This document shows positions 17,696-31,641 of a stretch of DNA of 64,000 nt, piece after piece. The DNA comes from Eledone cirrhosa. Taxonomy: Eukaryota. Positions within the stretch are counted from its first letter, which is position 1; every line of letters begins with the position of its first letter. The notes under the pieces were generated by a model. The model did not search any database and had not been told where the DNA came from. It was given only the letters and a program-made list of their open reading frames with translations. Made by a program: the position numbers and the translations under genes. The stretch lies in contig OZ024742.1 in assembly GCA_964016885.1 (NCBI GenBank), forward strand, positions 143,778,001 to 143,842,000. Reading direction: 5' to 3'.

Positions 17696-17750
<55 letters not shown>

Positions 17751-17753
<3 letters not shown>

Positions 17754-17955
17754 AACGAGTAGGACCCCGACGACTGAGCTCAAGCCGTTTCGACGGCTAA
17801 TTCTGGACTAAATTTTTAGTCCAGAATTAGCCGTCGAAACGGCTTGAGCTCAGCCGTCGGGGTCCTACTCGTTCCTATTACCCACTCTATTACCCTAAGT
17901 ATTGAGTACTTTGGTGCGTTATGGTCCACCTGGTTCCTTACCACATTTCCTTCGT

Positions 17956-17957
<2 letters not shown>
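17751..17957. mobile_element. Fold-back element, family B (hammerhead 3' half), in (TA)n
   Basis: Palindrome centred about 17813; GAAA-CGGCT-loop-AGCCG-TC stem III; tail ending CCACATTTCCTTCGTTA also at 21081-21180 and 46117-46486. Confidence 0.75.
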
Positions 17958-18010
<53 letters not shown>

Positions 18011-18755
18011 AAACGTGGGAGTTTAAAACGGAGTAGATAACAAATTTTCAAACATGAAAAACCAAGACACGTGATTGACAAAAAGAACAAGATACAAAAG
18101 TATGAACAATGTGTAGTGGAAATATTTATTCCGACTAGAACGAAAAGAAAGGATTTGACGTTTCAAATTATTTGGCTCGTCATATTATACTTCAATCTTT
18201 ATACGAGTGTGACACTCTTCATAATAGGGGCGATGGGTTATGAAACTGAGAAAGAAGTAGGTTGGGAGATATATTGACAAAAATAAACGTGTCTGGGGTG
18301 GATGGGAGTAGTATTGGTATATATATAAATTATTTACGGTTCCCCTTAAAAGAAACTTAACTGTTGGAGCTTGTGTGATGTAATTTTTGGTAATTATTAA
18401 CATCTATAAGTATTAATGTGGTGTGGTGAATAAATATATACAAATACAATAGGTCCGACACAATGGAACGAATCTCTAACTGTTACTGCCTTCGCCTCTC
18501 CCGCTTTCCCCATCTCTCACTATTATAAGCAAATTAGGGCCCACGCGCTAGCCACCCCGCGCCTCCGTCGGACAGAATAGAGAAGGCGTTTCTCTGGAGG
18601 ATGGTGAGGGAGACGTGTTTTTCGTTTTGCCTTGTTTTCGTTCGTTGTCTTGTCCTTTCTGTTAGTTTTTCCCCAGTTTATCATTAATAACACCGTGTAA
18701 CATTTTTTTTTGTTCCACGGTTCTAAGTGTCATTTCATGATTTGTTATATCCCAT

Positions 18756-18935
18756 TTGGCCGTATCGGTAGAGGGTCAGACACCATGCTTTCCAGCATAG
18801 TTACGTCCCTTTACGATCTGAGTTCAAATCCTGCCGAGGTCGACTTTGCCTTTCATCCTTACGGGGGTCGATGAAATAAAGTACCAGTAATCACTGGGTA
18901 ATTGCTGGCCTTGTGCCTAAAGTAGAAACAATTAT
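18756..18935 (+). mobile_element. SINE family 1 nested in the Chapaev3-like transposon
   Basis: Near full-length family-1 match lying inside the TIR boundaries. Confidence 0.85.
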
Positions 18936-19149
18936 TATAAAAAAAACACTATTATTTAATCAGAAGTTTGGGTTTGTGGTCAGGATTTTGATGTTTCGAA
19001 ATTTTCATATTTTCAAGGAAAAACACATTTAAAAAAAATTTATCAGTTCATATAATTAAATCAACAGAGTATATATTTATTTCATTACACAAGCTTATCA
19101 AAAGCAAACAAGTATAAACAAATAACACTTATAAAGCAACTTATACACG

Positions 19150-20215
19150 TCAGAAATGACTGGATTTCCTGGATTTGCGGTTGTAGTCCAGGTCGCATTC
19201 CCGCACTAGCCCCCAGATATAGTCCTCCATCATTTTTTCATTGTAGTGGCCCTGGTACCTCTGTTCTATCTCTTTCACATCTTGGTGGAATCGTTCGCCT
19301 TGTTCTTCTGAGTAGGCGCCCATATTGTCCTTGAATTTTTCCAGGTGAGCGTCCAGCATATGGAGTTTAAGCGACATCCTGCATCCCATGGCGCCAAAAG
19401 CCTTTATCAGATCCTGCACCAGTTGCTAGTAGTTTTCAGCTCTGTAGTTGCCCAGGAAGCCCTTGACAACTGCCTTGAAACAGTTCCATGCTGTTCTCTC
19501 AATCCTATTGAGCTTATTGGAGAACTCGGTAGACTCAAACACCTTCTTTATCTGAGGTCCAACAAAAATTCCACCCTTGATTTTGGCCTCAGATAAGGTA
19601 CTTAAAAGCTTCTGATTCTTGGTTGAGAGCCTTCACAAACTGCTTTATCAACCCCAACTTAATGTGCAGTGGCGGCATGAGCACAATCCTGGGATCAACC
19701 AGTGGCTCCCACATGACGTTCCGGGTCCCAACTACAAATTCTGTTCGCTGCTCCCAGTTCTTTCTTTTGTAGTGGTCAGGGGTGGCTCTGCTGTCCCAAA
19801 GGCAGAGGAAGCATTGGAATTTGATAAAGCCTCCTTGGAGTCCAAGCAGGAAAGCCACCATCCTGAAGTCTCCAATGATTTCCCAATTGTACTGGTTGTA
19901 TTGCAGAGCTTCCAAGAGGACTTTCACACTGTAGTAGTCTTCCTTCAGGCAGACTGAATGAGCTAGGGGCAGTGTCGGGAACTTGTTTCCATTGTGGAGG
20001 AGGACAGCCTTCAAACTTGTGGTAGAGCTGTCTATAAATAGCCGCCACTCCTTGGGCACAAACGGCACTCCAATAACGTCAAACAGTCCAGGCACGTCAT
20101 GGCAGAAGCAGAGGCCATCCCTAAGAGTGCAAAAGCCTGAGAAAGATTCGTGTCGACTTCTCTGACTTGTCACCTGCACTTCCTCCTTGACCAAGTTCCA
20201 CTGCTTCATCCTGGA
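19150..20215 (-). pseudogene. Chapaev3-type transposase pseudogene (C-terminal catalytic region)
   Basis: Motifs LFIDSS..SLKAVLLHNGN, CFLCLWDSRA, PPLHIKLGL, EAKIKGGIFVGPQIR, SEEQGERFHQD; frameshift near 19595, in-frame TAG near 19428, N-terminus missing. Family name is from motif recall, not a search. Confidence 0.8.
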
Positions 20216-20923
20216 GACGAATGCTTAAAACACAACTTACCTTTTATTCAGGGTGCGAAAATCCAGTATCAATAAATCTCTTTAATCCACTTTTTAACAA
20301 TTTTATACTTTATTGCACTTCTATAATTTTTTTTAGGTATTACTCTTTATTTTATAATTTTAATTTAACCTGAAACATATAAAAAAAATCATTTAACATA
20401 AGCAAATTAAACTTACATACAACGTAAAATCCAGCATACAAATAATTCTAGTGAATAGCTTAGAATTTTTACAAACCCAAACTTTTAACTGTTTAATAGC
20501 ACTTTTTTATTTATTTGGGACCTAAGCAACACAAAAAAAAAGGTGATACAAGCCAGGAACAGAGAAAATTTTTTTTTTTGTTACACGGTGTAATTTGACG
20601 TGTTATCTCTTCTCCCCACTTAATTTAAATGGTTTACATTTTTTAACAGGACATCTTACTTTCTTTTTCTTGCTTTTTTCTCTTTCTTTTCTTCTTTTCT
20701 TTTCCATCCCCGAGACTTTCGTGCTACAAGAAGCACTACACTTTTTCCTGACGTCACATAAATTCTATACACTGTTATGTACCGGTACTGACATGGAAAT
20801 AGATTGGTGTCTACGAGAATATTAATTTTGCGTTGTGATCATCTTCTAGAGATGCTCTTTTGCATATAGTGTGAACTTGACTGGTTATAATTAATTGACA
20901 GTAGAACTAAAACACAACAGGGT

Positions 20924-20955
<32 letters not shown>

Positions 20956-21000
20956 TAGATAGATATATAGATATAGATATACATATATATAGATATATAG

Positions 21001-21080
<80 letters not shown>

Positions 21081-21084
<4 letters not shown>

Positions 21085-21180
21085 GTCTTACTGGTTCCTA
21101 TTACCCACTCTACTACCCCAAGTATTGAGTACTTTGGTGCGTTATGGTCCACCTGGTTCCTTACCACATTTCCTTCGTTA
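21081..21180 (+). mobile_element. Family B tail fragment in (TA)n
   Basis: Nearly identical to 17860-17957. Confidence 0.8.
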
Positions 21181-21332
21181 TATATATATATATACATATT
21201 CTAATATAGATACACATAGATGAATATGCGTTTAAAATCCCGTAGTATTTAAAACATTCAAACATCAACTGACTAAGCACTTAATACTGGTAGCGACATG
21301 TATATATAGTTGTATTCCTGTTTGTTTGTTTG

Positions 21333-21388
21333 ATTAAAATAAAGTATACTTATCGAAGTATACTTGGATAAGTATACTTCATTTTAAT
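21333..21388. repeat. 56-bp near-perfect palindrome containing three AAGTATACTT units
   Basis: ATTAAAATAAAGTATACTTATCGAAGTATACTTGGATAAGTATACTTCATTTTAAT; two mismatched pairs. Confidence 0.85.
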
Positions 21389-21730
21389 GAAAAGATTCCC
21401 GGGGGCACAAAACCCCCGCCGAAAACCCTCGCTGAAAAATGTTTCCCTTCGATTTATATGAAATTTAAACCCTAGGTAAATGACAAGATATGATGCCTAT
21501 TCACAAAAGTTTTGAATTGAGATTTTGAAAAAAATTATTTACTAGAAACAAAATAAGAATAAGATTTAATCATGTAATTTTGATTTGATATATTACAAAA
21601 ACTAACGTTTTCCAATTTTTCATGCATTACATTTTACATTGATTAATATTGAAATGCAGAGTTTTTCTCCATAAAATATATCACTGATTTAAAATCAATC
21701 ATCATTTTCTTACCAAAAAAAGGTGTGAAA

Positions 21731-21757
21731 CGCAGCAAGGCGCGGTCAATTCGGCTA

Positions 21758-21759
<2 letters not shown>
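21731..21759 (+). mobile_element. Possible Helitron 3' terminus
   Basis: GC-rich hairpin-like CGCAGCAAGGCGCGG followed by CTAG|T at 21755-21759; 5' end not identified. Confidence 0.35.
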
Positions 21760-21817
<58 letters not shown>

Positions 21818-22216
21818 GAGGAAAGAATAGACGAAAATATACCTATTTTTTCTTCAAAGTTCCAACTGCAGTTTCGCCAAATTCTTTGCAGCATCATGCA
21901 CTATAGAAGTGCACCATCGCTGTGAGGTTATAAGGCTTATCAAAAGACCCCCTCACTTAGTGGACTGTTTCTTGATCCGATCGTTACAAGTGAATAATTC
22001 TCGAGAAGCGGATGGAGAAATTAACACTTGAAACAACACTGTCTGGCATTCTCGACTATTACTGGCACAATGTGACATGTTCAAAAAGGAAAATAGAAAA
22101 AAAAAAAATCTTTCCTTACGAAAAATATATTTTTTTCTTTGGTAGCAGGGTTACTAAATGTTTATTATATATAAAAATATAGCAGGTGCCTACATATATA
22201 CACCCATTATATATAT

Positions 22217-22352
<136 letters not shown>

Positions 22353-22685
22353 GTATTAGCAGCCACTACATGTGCATTGTGTAGATTAATTAAAATTAAT
22401 TAAATAAATTGGACAGTTTTAAATACTTCTCATTCTGTTTATGCAATTTCACCGTGACAGCAAAATAGCAATCAAACAGACTTTTAGTAGCAAGTGGTAT
22501 TGTCTTTTCCATTAGTAACCACTTACCCTAATCTAAACTGGCCATTATGAAATTGTATTGAAAGTCTCTATTATTAAGCGTTTTATTAAATCAGGTTCAC
22601 TGTTTTGAATATTTAACGCGTCTTTAACAGTTCGTTCGATTAAATACACTACTGATCATGTTTATATTTAGTTTATTTATATCAT

Positions 22686-22892
22686 TGGCAGTATCTGTAG
22701 AACGTCGGGCAATGACCTTTGCGGCATATAGTTATGTCCCTTTACGTTTTAAGTTCAAATCCAGCCGCGGTTAGCTTTGCCTTTCATCTTTATGGGGTCA
22801 ATAAAATAGAGTACCAGTAACGCACTGGGGTCAATTTAGTCGACTTTCCTCTCTCCCAAAATTGTTGGCCTTGTGCTTAAATCAGAAACCAT
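22686..22892 (+). mobile_element. SINE family 1, diverged copy
   Basis: A/B boxes and central conserved domain are recognisable. Confidence 0.75.
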
Positions 22893-23337
22893 TTCAGCTA
22901 TTAGTGTGGAAACTATATATATATACAAGGCTGAAGTTTTGGCTGAGAAGTTAGAGCTTTGTATATTTGTTTCAGGTCTCGGAGTTGAAATTCTGTTGAG
23001 GTTCACGTTGCCTTTCATCCTGGTGCAGCTGTTTTTCCTTCCAGCTGTCACATCCTGGATGTTCCACTAGATCAACGGAGAAAGGGTCGAGAGGGCGTAT
23101 GTGTCAGCTCGCGACTGCATGGGCGCCTAAAACCTTTAACGAGAACAATGTACGATCGAGTCATACACAATTGTGAGAGTTGGTGGTAGTAGTAATATGG
23201 AAACTATTAACAATATGTTCATATTTGACATAAGTACAACGACTCAAGTTTTTGGTGGGGGAGGAAGAGGTTTAATCGATTACATCTACCCAGAATGTGT
23301 CTGGTACTTGCGATTACGTAAGAGTAGTATTATTAAG

Positions 23338-23955
23338 AGGGCGATGGATTGGCAGTACCGGTAGAGCGTCGGACAGCATGCATCGTGACATTGAGTTAAG
23401 GCCCTTTACGTGCTGAGTTCAAATCCTGTCGAGGTTAACTTTGCCTTTCATCCTTACGGGGTCGATAAAATAAAGTACCAGTAATGCACTGGGGTAATTG
23501 CTGGCCTTGTGCCAAAAGTAGAAAGAATTATTAAGTAGTATTGGTAGAGCGTCGGACAACATGCTTTGTGGCATTGAGTAACCGCCCTTTACGTTCTGAG
23601 TTCAAATTCCCCCAAGGTTAGCTTTGCCTTTCATCCTTACGGGGTCGATAAAATAAAGTACCAGTAACGTACTGGGGTCGATTTAATCGACTTTCCCCTC
23701 CCGCCAAATTACTGACTTTGTGCCTATACTAGAAATCATTATTAAGTAGTATCGGTAGAGCGTCGGACAACATGCTTTGTGGCATTGAGTAACCGCCCTT
23801 AACGTTCTGAGTTCAAATTACCCCGAGGCTAGCTTTGCCTTTCATCCTTACGGCGTCGATAAAATAAAGCACCAGTAATGCACTCGGGTCAATTTAATCG
23901 ACTTTCCTTTCCCTCAAAATTGCTGGCCTTGTGCCTAAAGTAGAAACAATTATTA
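23338..23955 (+). mobile_element. Three tandem SINE family 1 copies
   Basis: Copies at about 23338-23532, 23542-23742 and 23750-23955, each joined by ATTATTAAGTAGTAT. Confidence 0.85.
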
Positions 23956-24269
23956 AATAATACTGAAGTGAATTTGCAGAATAGGTAGAAAGTTGGAGAA
24001 AAACGCTTTATACAGAATTCAAATATAACCCTAATTTCTGAGTTCAAATCTAGCCGATGGTCGACAAAGTACCATTGTACCTATGTTAGAAATCAATATT
24101 ATACATATTAATATGCAATATTGAGAATTGTTTTTCAATCACACATAGTGAACAGATTTTTATTTTGAAGTTATAATATATAACCTTAGTTTAAAACAAT
24201 AAATGGGTAACGTGGCATATCACTCACTATTGAAAACTACTAATGAGAGGCCTTCTTCATTGCGCTTAA

Positions 24270-24430
24270 TCTACTAGAAATAGCAGCCATTTCCCCTTAA
24301 ACTATCTTAAAAAGGACTATCTTAAAAAATGACTCATTGGACAATATATTACTACACTAACACGATTGACATGACTGAAACGCCTTTAGTCAAGGGTTTG
24401 CTGGATCAGGACTGAACTGGGGTTAAACAA
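24270..24430 (+). repeat. Unclassified interspersed repeat (CTAGAAATAGCAGCCA...GGTTAAACAA)
   Basis: Similar sequence at about 25158-25345 and weaker at about 63038-63200. Confidence 0.45.
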
Positions 24431-25519
24431 TATTTGTCACTGAACCACATTATACATATTTAAGGTAATACAGTTAGGGAGACCCTAACTGTATCTGCTT
24501 GTTGCTGTTTTATCTCAGGTAAATTCTGATTATGCAGATGTATGATCAATGATATTCCAGACATGATCATCTTATCTATTTAGGGTTATTTAGGATTACA
24601 TTATCTAATGTGTCCTCGTCTTTTCTAAGACAGTAATTTGAACTTTAATGAAGATTGATTTGTTTTTGTTATGGTAGTTTAGCCCTAGTTTAGCCTTGAT
24701 TTAACTGACTTATACTCAACAGAATTCCAGTTGTGACCATTCAGTATTCTTTTCTAGATATAATGCATCTATGAGTTTATTATCGAATTTAGTTGGTGCG
24801 ATTGTTACTGATGTTATTATAGGCTTTGAACTGGCTTGTTACTGATGTTATTATAGGCTTTGAACTGTTAAAGCAATGGGCAGGATGTCTTGCTGTATTT
24901 GTTCCAGCTCTTTGCACTCAGAATTTATATCTTGTTGTTTATACCACGCTGTAGACTTAATTCGTCGCCCGGTTTAACATCATTTGGTTTATCGGTGCCT
25001 TTAACAGAGTCCACACTGCTGCAAGGATTTTGACAAAATCTCTGATCTTTTGAGACCTTCATGTGAAGGTCAGTGTTCCTTACCAAGATCAATATCAGTC
25101 GTTTGATATGAAGTCATCGTGCATTCATAGAAAGTCTTTGCCACGTCTCTCCACATACTAGAAATAGCAACCAAATCTCTCTCCTTTCGAACCGTGGTTT
25201 AAAAAAAAATACCGTCATATTAGATATTGCAATCCTAAAAACACAATGTCCAAAATAAAAGATGAGAAGGTCATTGTTGAATTAAGTTGGACTGTCTATT
25301 TAACGGACTGTCTATTAATTCAAGTTTGAATATAGGTTAAACAATAACATCAACATCAACGTTCTCAGTCGCAAATATCAATTCCGTTTAATGAAAGGAA
25401 ATTACAAAAACTAGTGACATTTATATATAAATTCAAAGACAGATTAGGTGAAGAATGTTGCTAGCTTATTGAAATGAAACCTTGAGAAATTCTTATATCA
25501 TATTTCTTTCCAAGAAACA

Positions 25520-25650
25520 ATAAATAAATAGATAAATAAATAGATAAATAAATAGATAAATAAATAGATAAATAAATAGATAAATAAATTGATAAATAAA
25601 TAAATAAATAAATAAATAAATAGATAAATAAATAAATAAGTATATAAATA
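25520..25650. repeat. (TAAA/TAGA)n microsatellite
   Basis: Directly visible. Confidence 0.9.
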
Positions 25651-25931
25651 AAGTTCATGGTCGTAAACGTTAAATATATAACAGTGAAGAAACATCTAAT
25701 GTTATAATATGATCGCAGATCTTATCTTTGTATGTGTATCATGGTGTATGTGTGTGTTAGCAAGTGAATATCTATGTTTGTATGTGGATCTGTGTGTGTG
25801 TGTGTGGTGTTTGAGAGAAAGAGAGAGGAGAGAAGAGGACGAGGGTGTGTTTTTCTTTTTTAATTTAATGTAGATACGATTCTGTAAAGAAGACGATATA
25901 AGTTAAAATAATTTTACACAAAGGAGAGACA

Positions 25932-26009
<78 letters not shown>

Positions 26010-26067
26010 GTATGCGTGTGTGTGTGCGTGTATATATGCATGTATATATATATATATATGTGTGTGT

Positions 26068-26290
26068 GAAGGCGTGTAGCTGAGTGGTTAGAGAATTGGA
26101 TTCACAATGTTGAGGTTGTGAGTTCGATTCCTGGACCGGGCGATGCGTTATGTCCTTATGTCCTTGGGCAAGACACTTTATTTCACGTTGCTCCTTCTAC
26201 CTGGAGTTGCGACCGATAGATAGTACTAGCAACTGGAAAGACCAACGGAAACATTGTTTCCTCGGTCCGATTTGACGAAAGTCGATCGAT
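26068..26290 (+). mobile_element. tRNA-derived CORE-type SINE, family 2
   Basis: A box TAGCTGAGTGG, B box GAGTTCGATTCC, CORE-like GTCCTTGGGCAAGACACTT; second copy at 50557-50770. Confidence 0.75.
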
Positions 26291-26293
26291 TAA

Positions 26294-26330
<37 letters not shown>

Positions 26331-26597
26331 GAAAACTTTTTTGAACAGGCACAAAACAGAGAGGCAGTACAATAAATGTTTATTAATTTCACGCTCAGGA
26401 GAGTGGGGGGTAGGTGGGGGACGACGTTTCGGGCATAAGCCCTTCCTCAGGTGAGAAGTGTGTGGGAACAGAGTTCAAAAGGTATATATATATATATATA
26501 TACATACAATTTAAAGAATTATATAATCTACATTACTTATTGCGTACTTATTCTCTTGTTAGTAAAGCCAAACGTATTCATATACACATACGAATAC

Positions 26598-26636
<39 letters not shown>

Positions 26637-27061
26637 GTAAACGGAGTGTGTATGTATATACACATGCAGATACACATACACACACATATATATTTATATA
26701 TATGTGTGTGTGTGTTTGTGTATGTCTCCTCTCATTGTATTATTTGAACTGTTTTAAGAGAACAAGCTTCACTTACACCAACAGCGAAAATATGATTTAT
26801 TTATAGGTTTCCATTGCTGAGACAAAAAGGAGCGATCTTAAAAAATGTCATCAAACTAAGCTTCCTCCATGATTTTACAATTTAATGTCATTTTGACAAG
26901 TCTTAATTGAAATTTGACCTTAGATTTTCCCGAAAATTCTTCAAAGTGAAAGAAAACAAGATAAATGAAAAAATATATAAAACATATTGGAAAAATAAAG
27001 CTTGATGAAAAATTGAGGACGTGTAAAACAGGTTTTTATTTTCTTCCTCTGCGTGTCTTCT

Positions 27062-27618
<557 letters not shown>

Positions 27619-27831
27619 TTATAATAAGAAAACAAAATACGTAGAAACGCTAATATGTGGTTATGATGAATGTAAGGAACATCTGTTATTTGAGGTACGA
27701 GTTCCGTCCAGCATTTTCTAGTTTCTTCTGGTTATACGATAGAAAAAAAGACTAGCTTACTGTTGTTTACACAACTTCTCTTTGGTTAATTTGGTCTCTG
27801 GCAAACACTAGCGAGGCATGATCGAAAGATC

Positions 27832-27862
<31 letters not shown>

Positions 27863-27933
27863 CTTCTTTACCATAACATAGCATATCTCTCTTTCTCTCT
27901 CTCTCTCTCAATCTCTCTCTTTTTCTCTCTCTT

Positions 27934-28038
<105 letters not shown>

Positions 28039-28391
28039 CGGCCAGTTTTCCTCTATTCTCCCGTCTTATCTTTTCTACGCTTCAGTATCCTTCTTCATTG
28101 CCTGCCCGTTGGACTATAATCCTTATTATTCTCTTCTGTTTTACTATTTCTCTCCCTTCTATATGTTTCTCCTTTGGCTAAGCCCTTGCACACTCTATAT
28201 TTGTATAATTTGCCTAAAAGTGTAGCATGTCTCTTCCTGTTTGTTTTATGTCTCAATGTGCACTGGAATGAAGGGTATTAACCATTACAACCGAAACCTT
28301 AGCGATTTACAGAGGTTGCGTGTGGAGATAGGACTCTCCGTTTTTCCATTGCCTTTTGCAGTGTCTTTGTCCTGTGATTCATCTGTTTTGA

Positions 28392-28450
<59 letters not shown>

Positions 28451-28453
<3 letters not shown>

Positions 28454-29096
28454 TATCTCCAAAGAAATACGGTTTTAGGAAGCCGGAGCTATGCAAACAC
28501 CGGGGGGCTAACGCCGTCTGGTGATGTCCAGCAGAAGCAAGGGGGACAACCGTCTATGCATTTCAGGCTTAACTGGCCACCGTCAGGACGGTCCCTCCCA
28601 CCGCTTGCGACTGCTGGAGTAGAAGACAGGCGAGAATATATACTTTTCTCGTCTGTGTAAATGAGGAGATTAATCTCATTTGCATATGAAGCTGCATAAG
28701 TTGGCTCAACTTATAATAAAAAAGAAATAGGATTTCGCTTCAAGCATAGCTTTATACAATATGTGTATTTCTTTTTTATTACTTGAGCCAACTTATGCAG
28801 CTTCATATGCAAATGAGATTAATCTCCTCATTTACACAGACGAGAAAAGTATATATTCTCGCCTGTCTTCTAGTCCAGCAGTCGCAAGCGGTGGGAGGGA
28901 CCGTCCTGACGATGGCCAGTTAAGCCTGAAATGCATAGACGGTTGTCCCCTTTGCTTCTGCTGGATATCAGCAGAGAGCGTTAGCCCCCGGTGTTTGCAT
29001 AGCTACGGCTTCCTAAAACTGTATTTCTTTGGAGATACGAAATATTTATTCATATTGTATAAAACTATGCTGGAAGCGAAATCCTATTTCTTTTAT
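28451..29096. mobile_element. Non-coding fold-back hammerhead element, family C (retrozyme-like)
   Basis: Inverted arms about 28451-28729 and 28766-29040; tail 29051-29096 is also present inverted at about 28720-28763; TA flanks. Confidence 0.75.
28900..28943 (+). ncRNA. Minimal type-I hammerhead ribozyme (family C)
   Basis: ACCGTC-CTGACGA-tGGC(cagttaa)GCCt-GAAA-TGCA-TA^-GACGGT: perfect 6-bp stem I, palindromic stem III. The mirror copy 28549-28592 (-) has A9G. Confidence 0.8.
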
Positions 29097-29244
29097 ATAT
29101 ATATTTTTTTTACTTTCTCATATCAACTTGCTTCCACATTTAATCCTTACATGATTGAAAATATTGTTCGAGAAACGGAATGAGAATCTTTGCAAAATGT
29201 ATTAATGAAACCTTTTAGACAAACACACACACACATACAGACGA

Positions 29245-30161
<917 letters not shown>

Positions 30162-30169
30162 TATCATTG

Positions 30170-30208
<39 letters not shown>

Positions 30209-30238
30209 AACAAAAGATGGTTAAAAGAGTTCCATGTA

Positions 30239-30305
30239 TTTTATTATGCACATTTCAAAAACAAATATCATTATGCAATAATATTTGTGTTTTCATCAGA
30301 TAAAA
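30239..30305 (-). ncRNA. Type-I hammerhead ribozyme (family D pLTR)
   Basis: TTTTAT-CTGATGA-long stem II-GAAA-TGTGCA-TA^-ATAAAA; stem I extends via CATG/CATG. Confidence 0.8.
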
Positions 30306-31164
30306 CATGAAGACATGATATGAACGTTACAAAACACTTGTGGATAGTTCAGTTTTAAATCAACATATGAGAAGTAGTTTTAGATTGATGTGTGATATTG
30401 GGAAAAATATTTTATTTAGGGTGGGGGGTGGAAAGGATGAAAAAGAGGAGGAGATGAGAGTAAAAAGTGGAGAGGGAGGAGTATAGTGAGGAAGGAAGAG
30501 ATAGGAGGAGAGATGGGTGATAGAGAGAGAGAGATAGCTTTTATAACTGAGAAAGATATATTGTTTTACATAGAGAGGTTGAAAACCGTTGGAAGATAAT
30601 GAATAAATTAAAAGAATTTGAAAATTAACGAAGAGAAAAATAATGTAAAGTTAAGGTTTGTATATTGAGGGGTTTGATAATATGTGCGATGAAAAAAGAA
30701 AATGTTAATATGTATTGAGAATAATGTTTAAGGGTTTAATAATATGTGCGATGTTAAGAAGATGTTGATATGTATTATTAAAAGGAACAGCAGGTTATTT
30801 AAGTAAGGAAATATTGTGAGATGAATGAGTTAGATGAAAGGGAGTAAAGAATAATGAATTGAGGATGAATAATCTAACGTCAAAAAATGTATATGTTTAC
30901 GAAGGATTTTTACAAGGTGATATAGAGTAAGAATGTATTGTATTATGTAATAATTGATTCTATGTTAGGCAAGAGTGAGAAAAGGTACAGATTAGGGGTT
31001 AGACATTAAAAGAAGAAAAGAAGAATGAGTAACAAGTATTATAGAATGTATAATAACCTTTGAAATAAGGTAGAAAGATGGGTATATTTTTAAAAGAAGT
31101 GTATATATATATATATGTGTGTGCCTTTGAGAAAAAAGATTCTAAATTGATAAAGAATTGGATA

Positions 31165-31626
31165 TTAGCTGTATACTTTGTGAAATGTTTTATGGAATTT
31201 ATGCAAGCAGATAGAAAACAAGTCAGTGCGTCTATTTATTATAGAATCTAAATTAGAAATAGTGGTAAATTTTTCATTTAGGCAGAGATTGCAAATTTTG
31301 GATAGAGAACTGTTCAAGTATGCAGACGCAGAAGAAACCTTCTTCCAAAAGATGCTATATTTAATATTTTTGTCTTTCAAGGACCATATGAGTTCTGAGA
31401 GAGCCGTGTTGGTTCTTTTAAGTTTGTATTTAAAAGACGAATGATGGTTATAAAGACGAGCTTTAAAAGAAGTGGAAGTGGAGCCAAAATAGGTGAAGGA
31501 ATTGGTGTCAGTTATAACTTTACATTCGTAAATTAAGTTTTTATCAAGACAATAGTTGTTGAGAGGACATTTATTTTTAATAGGGCAATTGCAATTGCGA
31601 TTAGAGAGATTATTAATGAGTGACCT
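31165..31626 (-). pseudogene. PLE GIY-YIG endonuclease domain, 5'-truncated (left arm)
   Basis: CNCxxKNKCPLNNxC...LIYECK...YFGST...FKARLYNH...CNLCLNEK; no RT or start upstream. Confidence 0.8.
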
Positions 31627-31641
31627 AGTGTTATCTATAGA

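Larger units (their letters stand above)
18691..20590 (-). mobile_element. Chapaev3-like (CMC) DNA transposon, internally deleted
   Basis: 12-bp TIR CACCGTGTAACA at 18691-18702 and inverted at 20579-20590; TAA directly on both flanks (3-bp TSD, as described for Chapaev3); transposase remnant inside. Confidence 0.85.
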
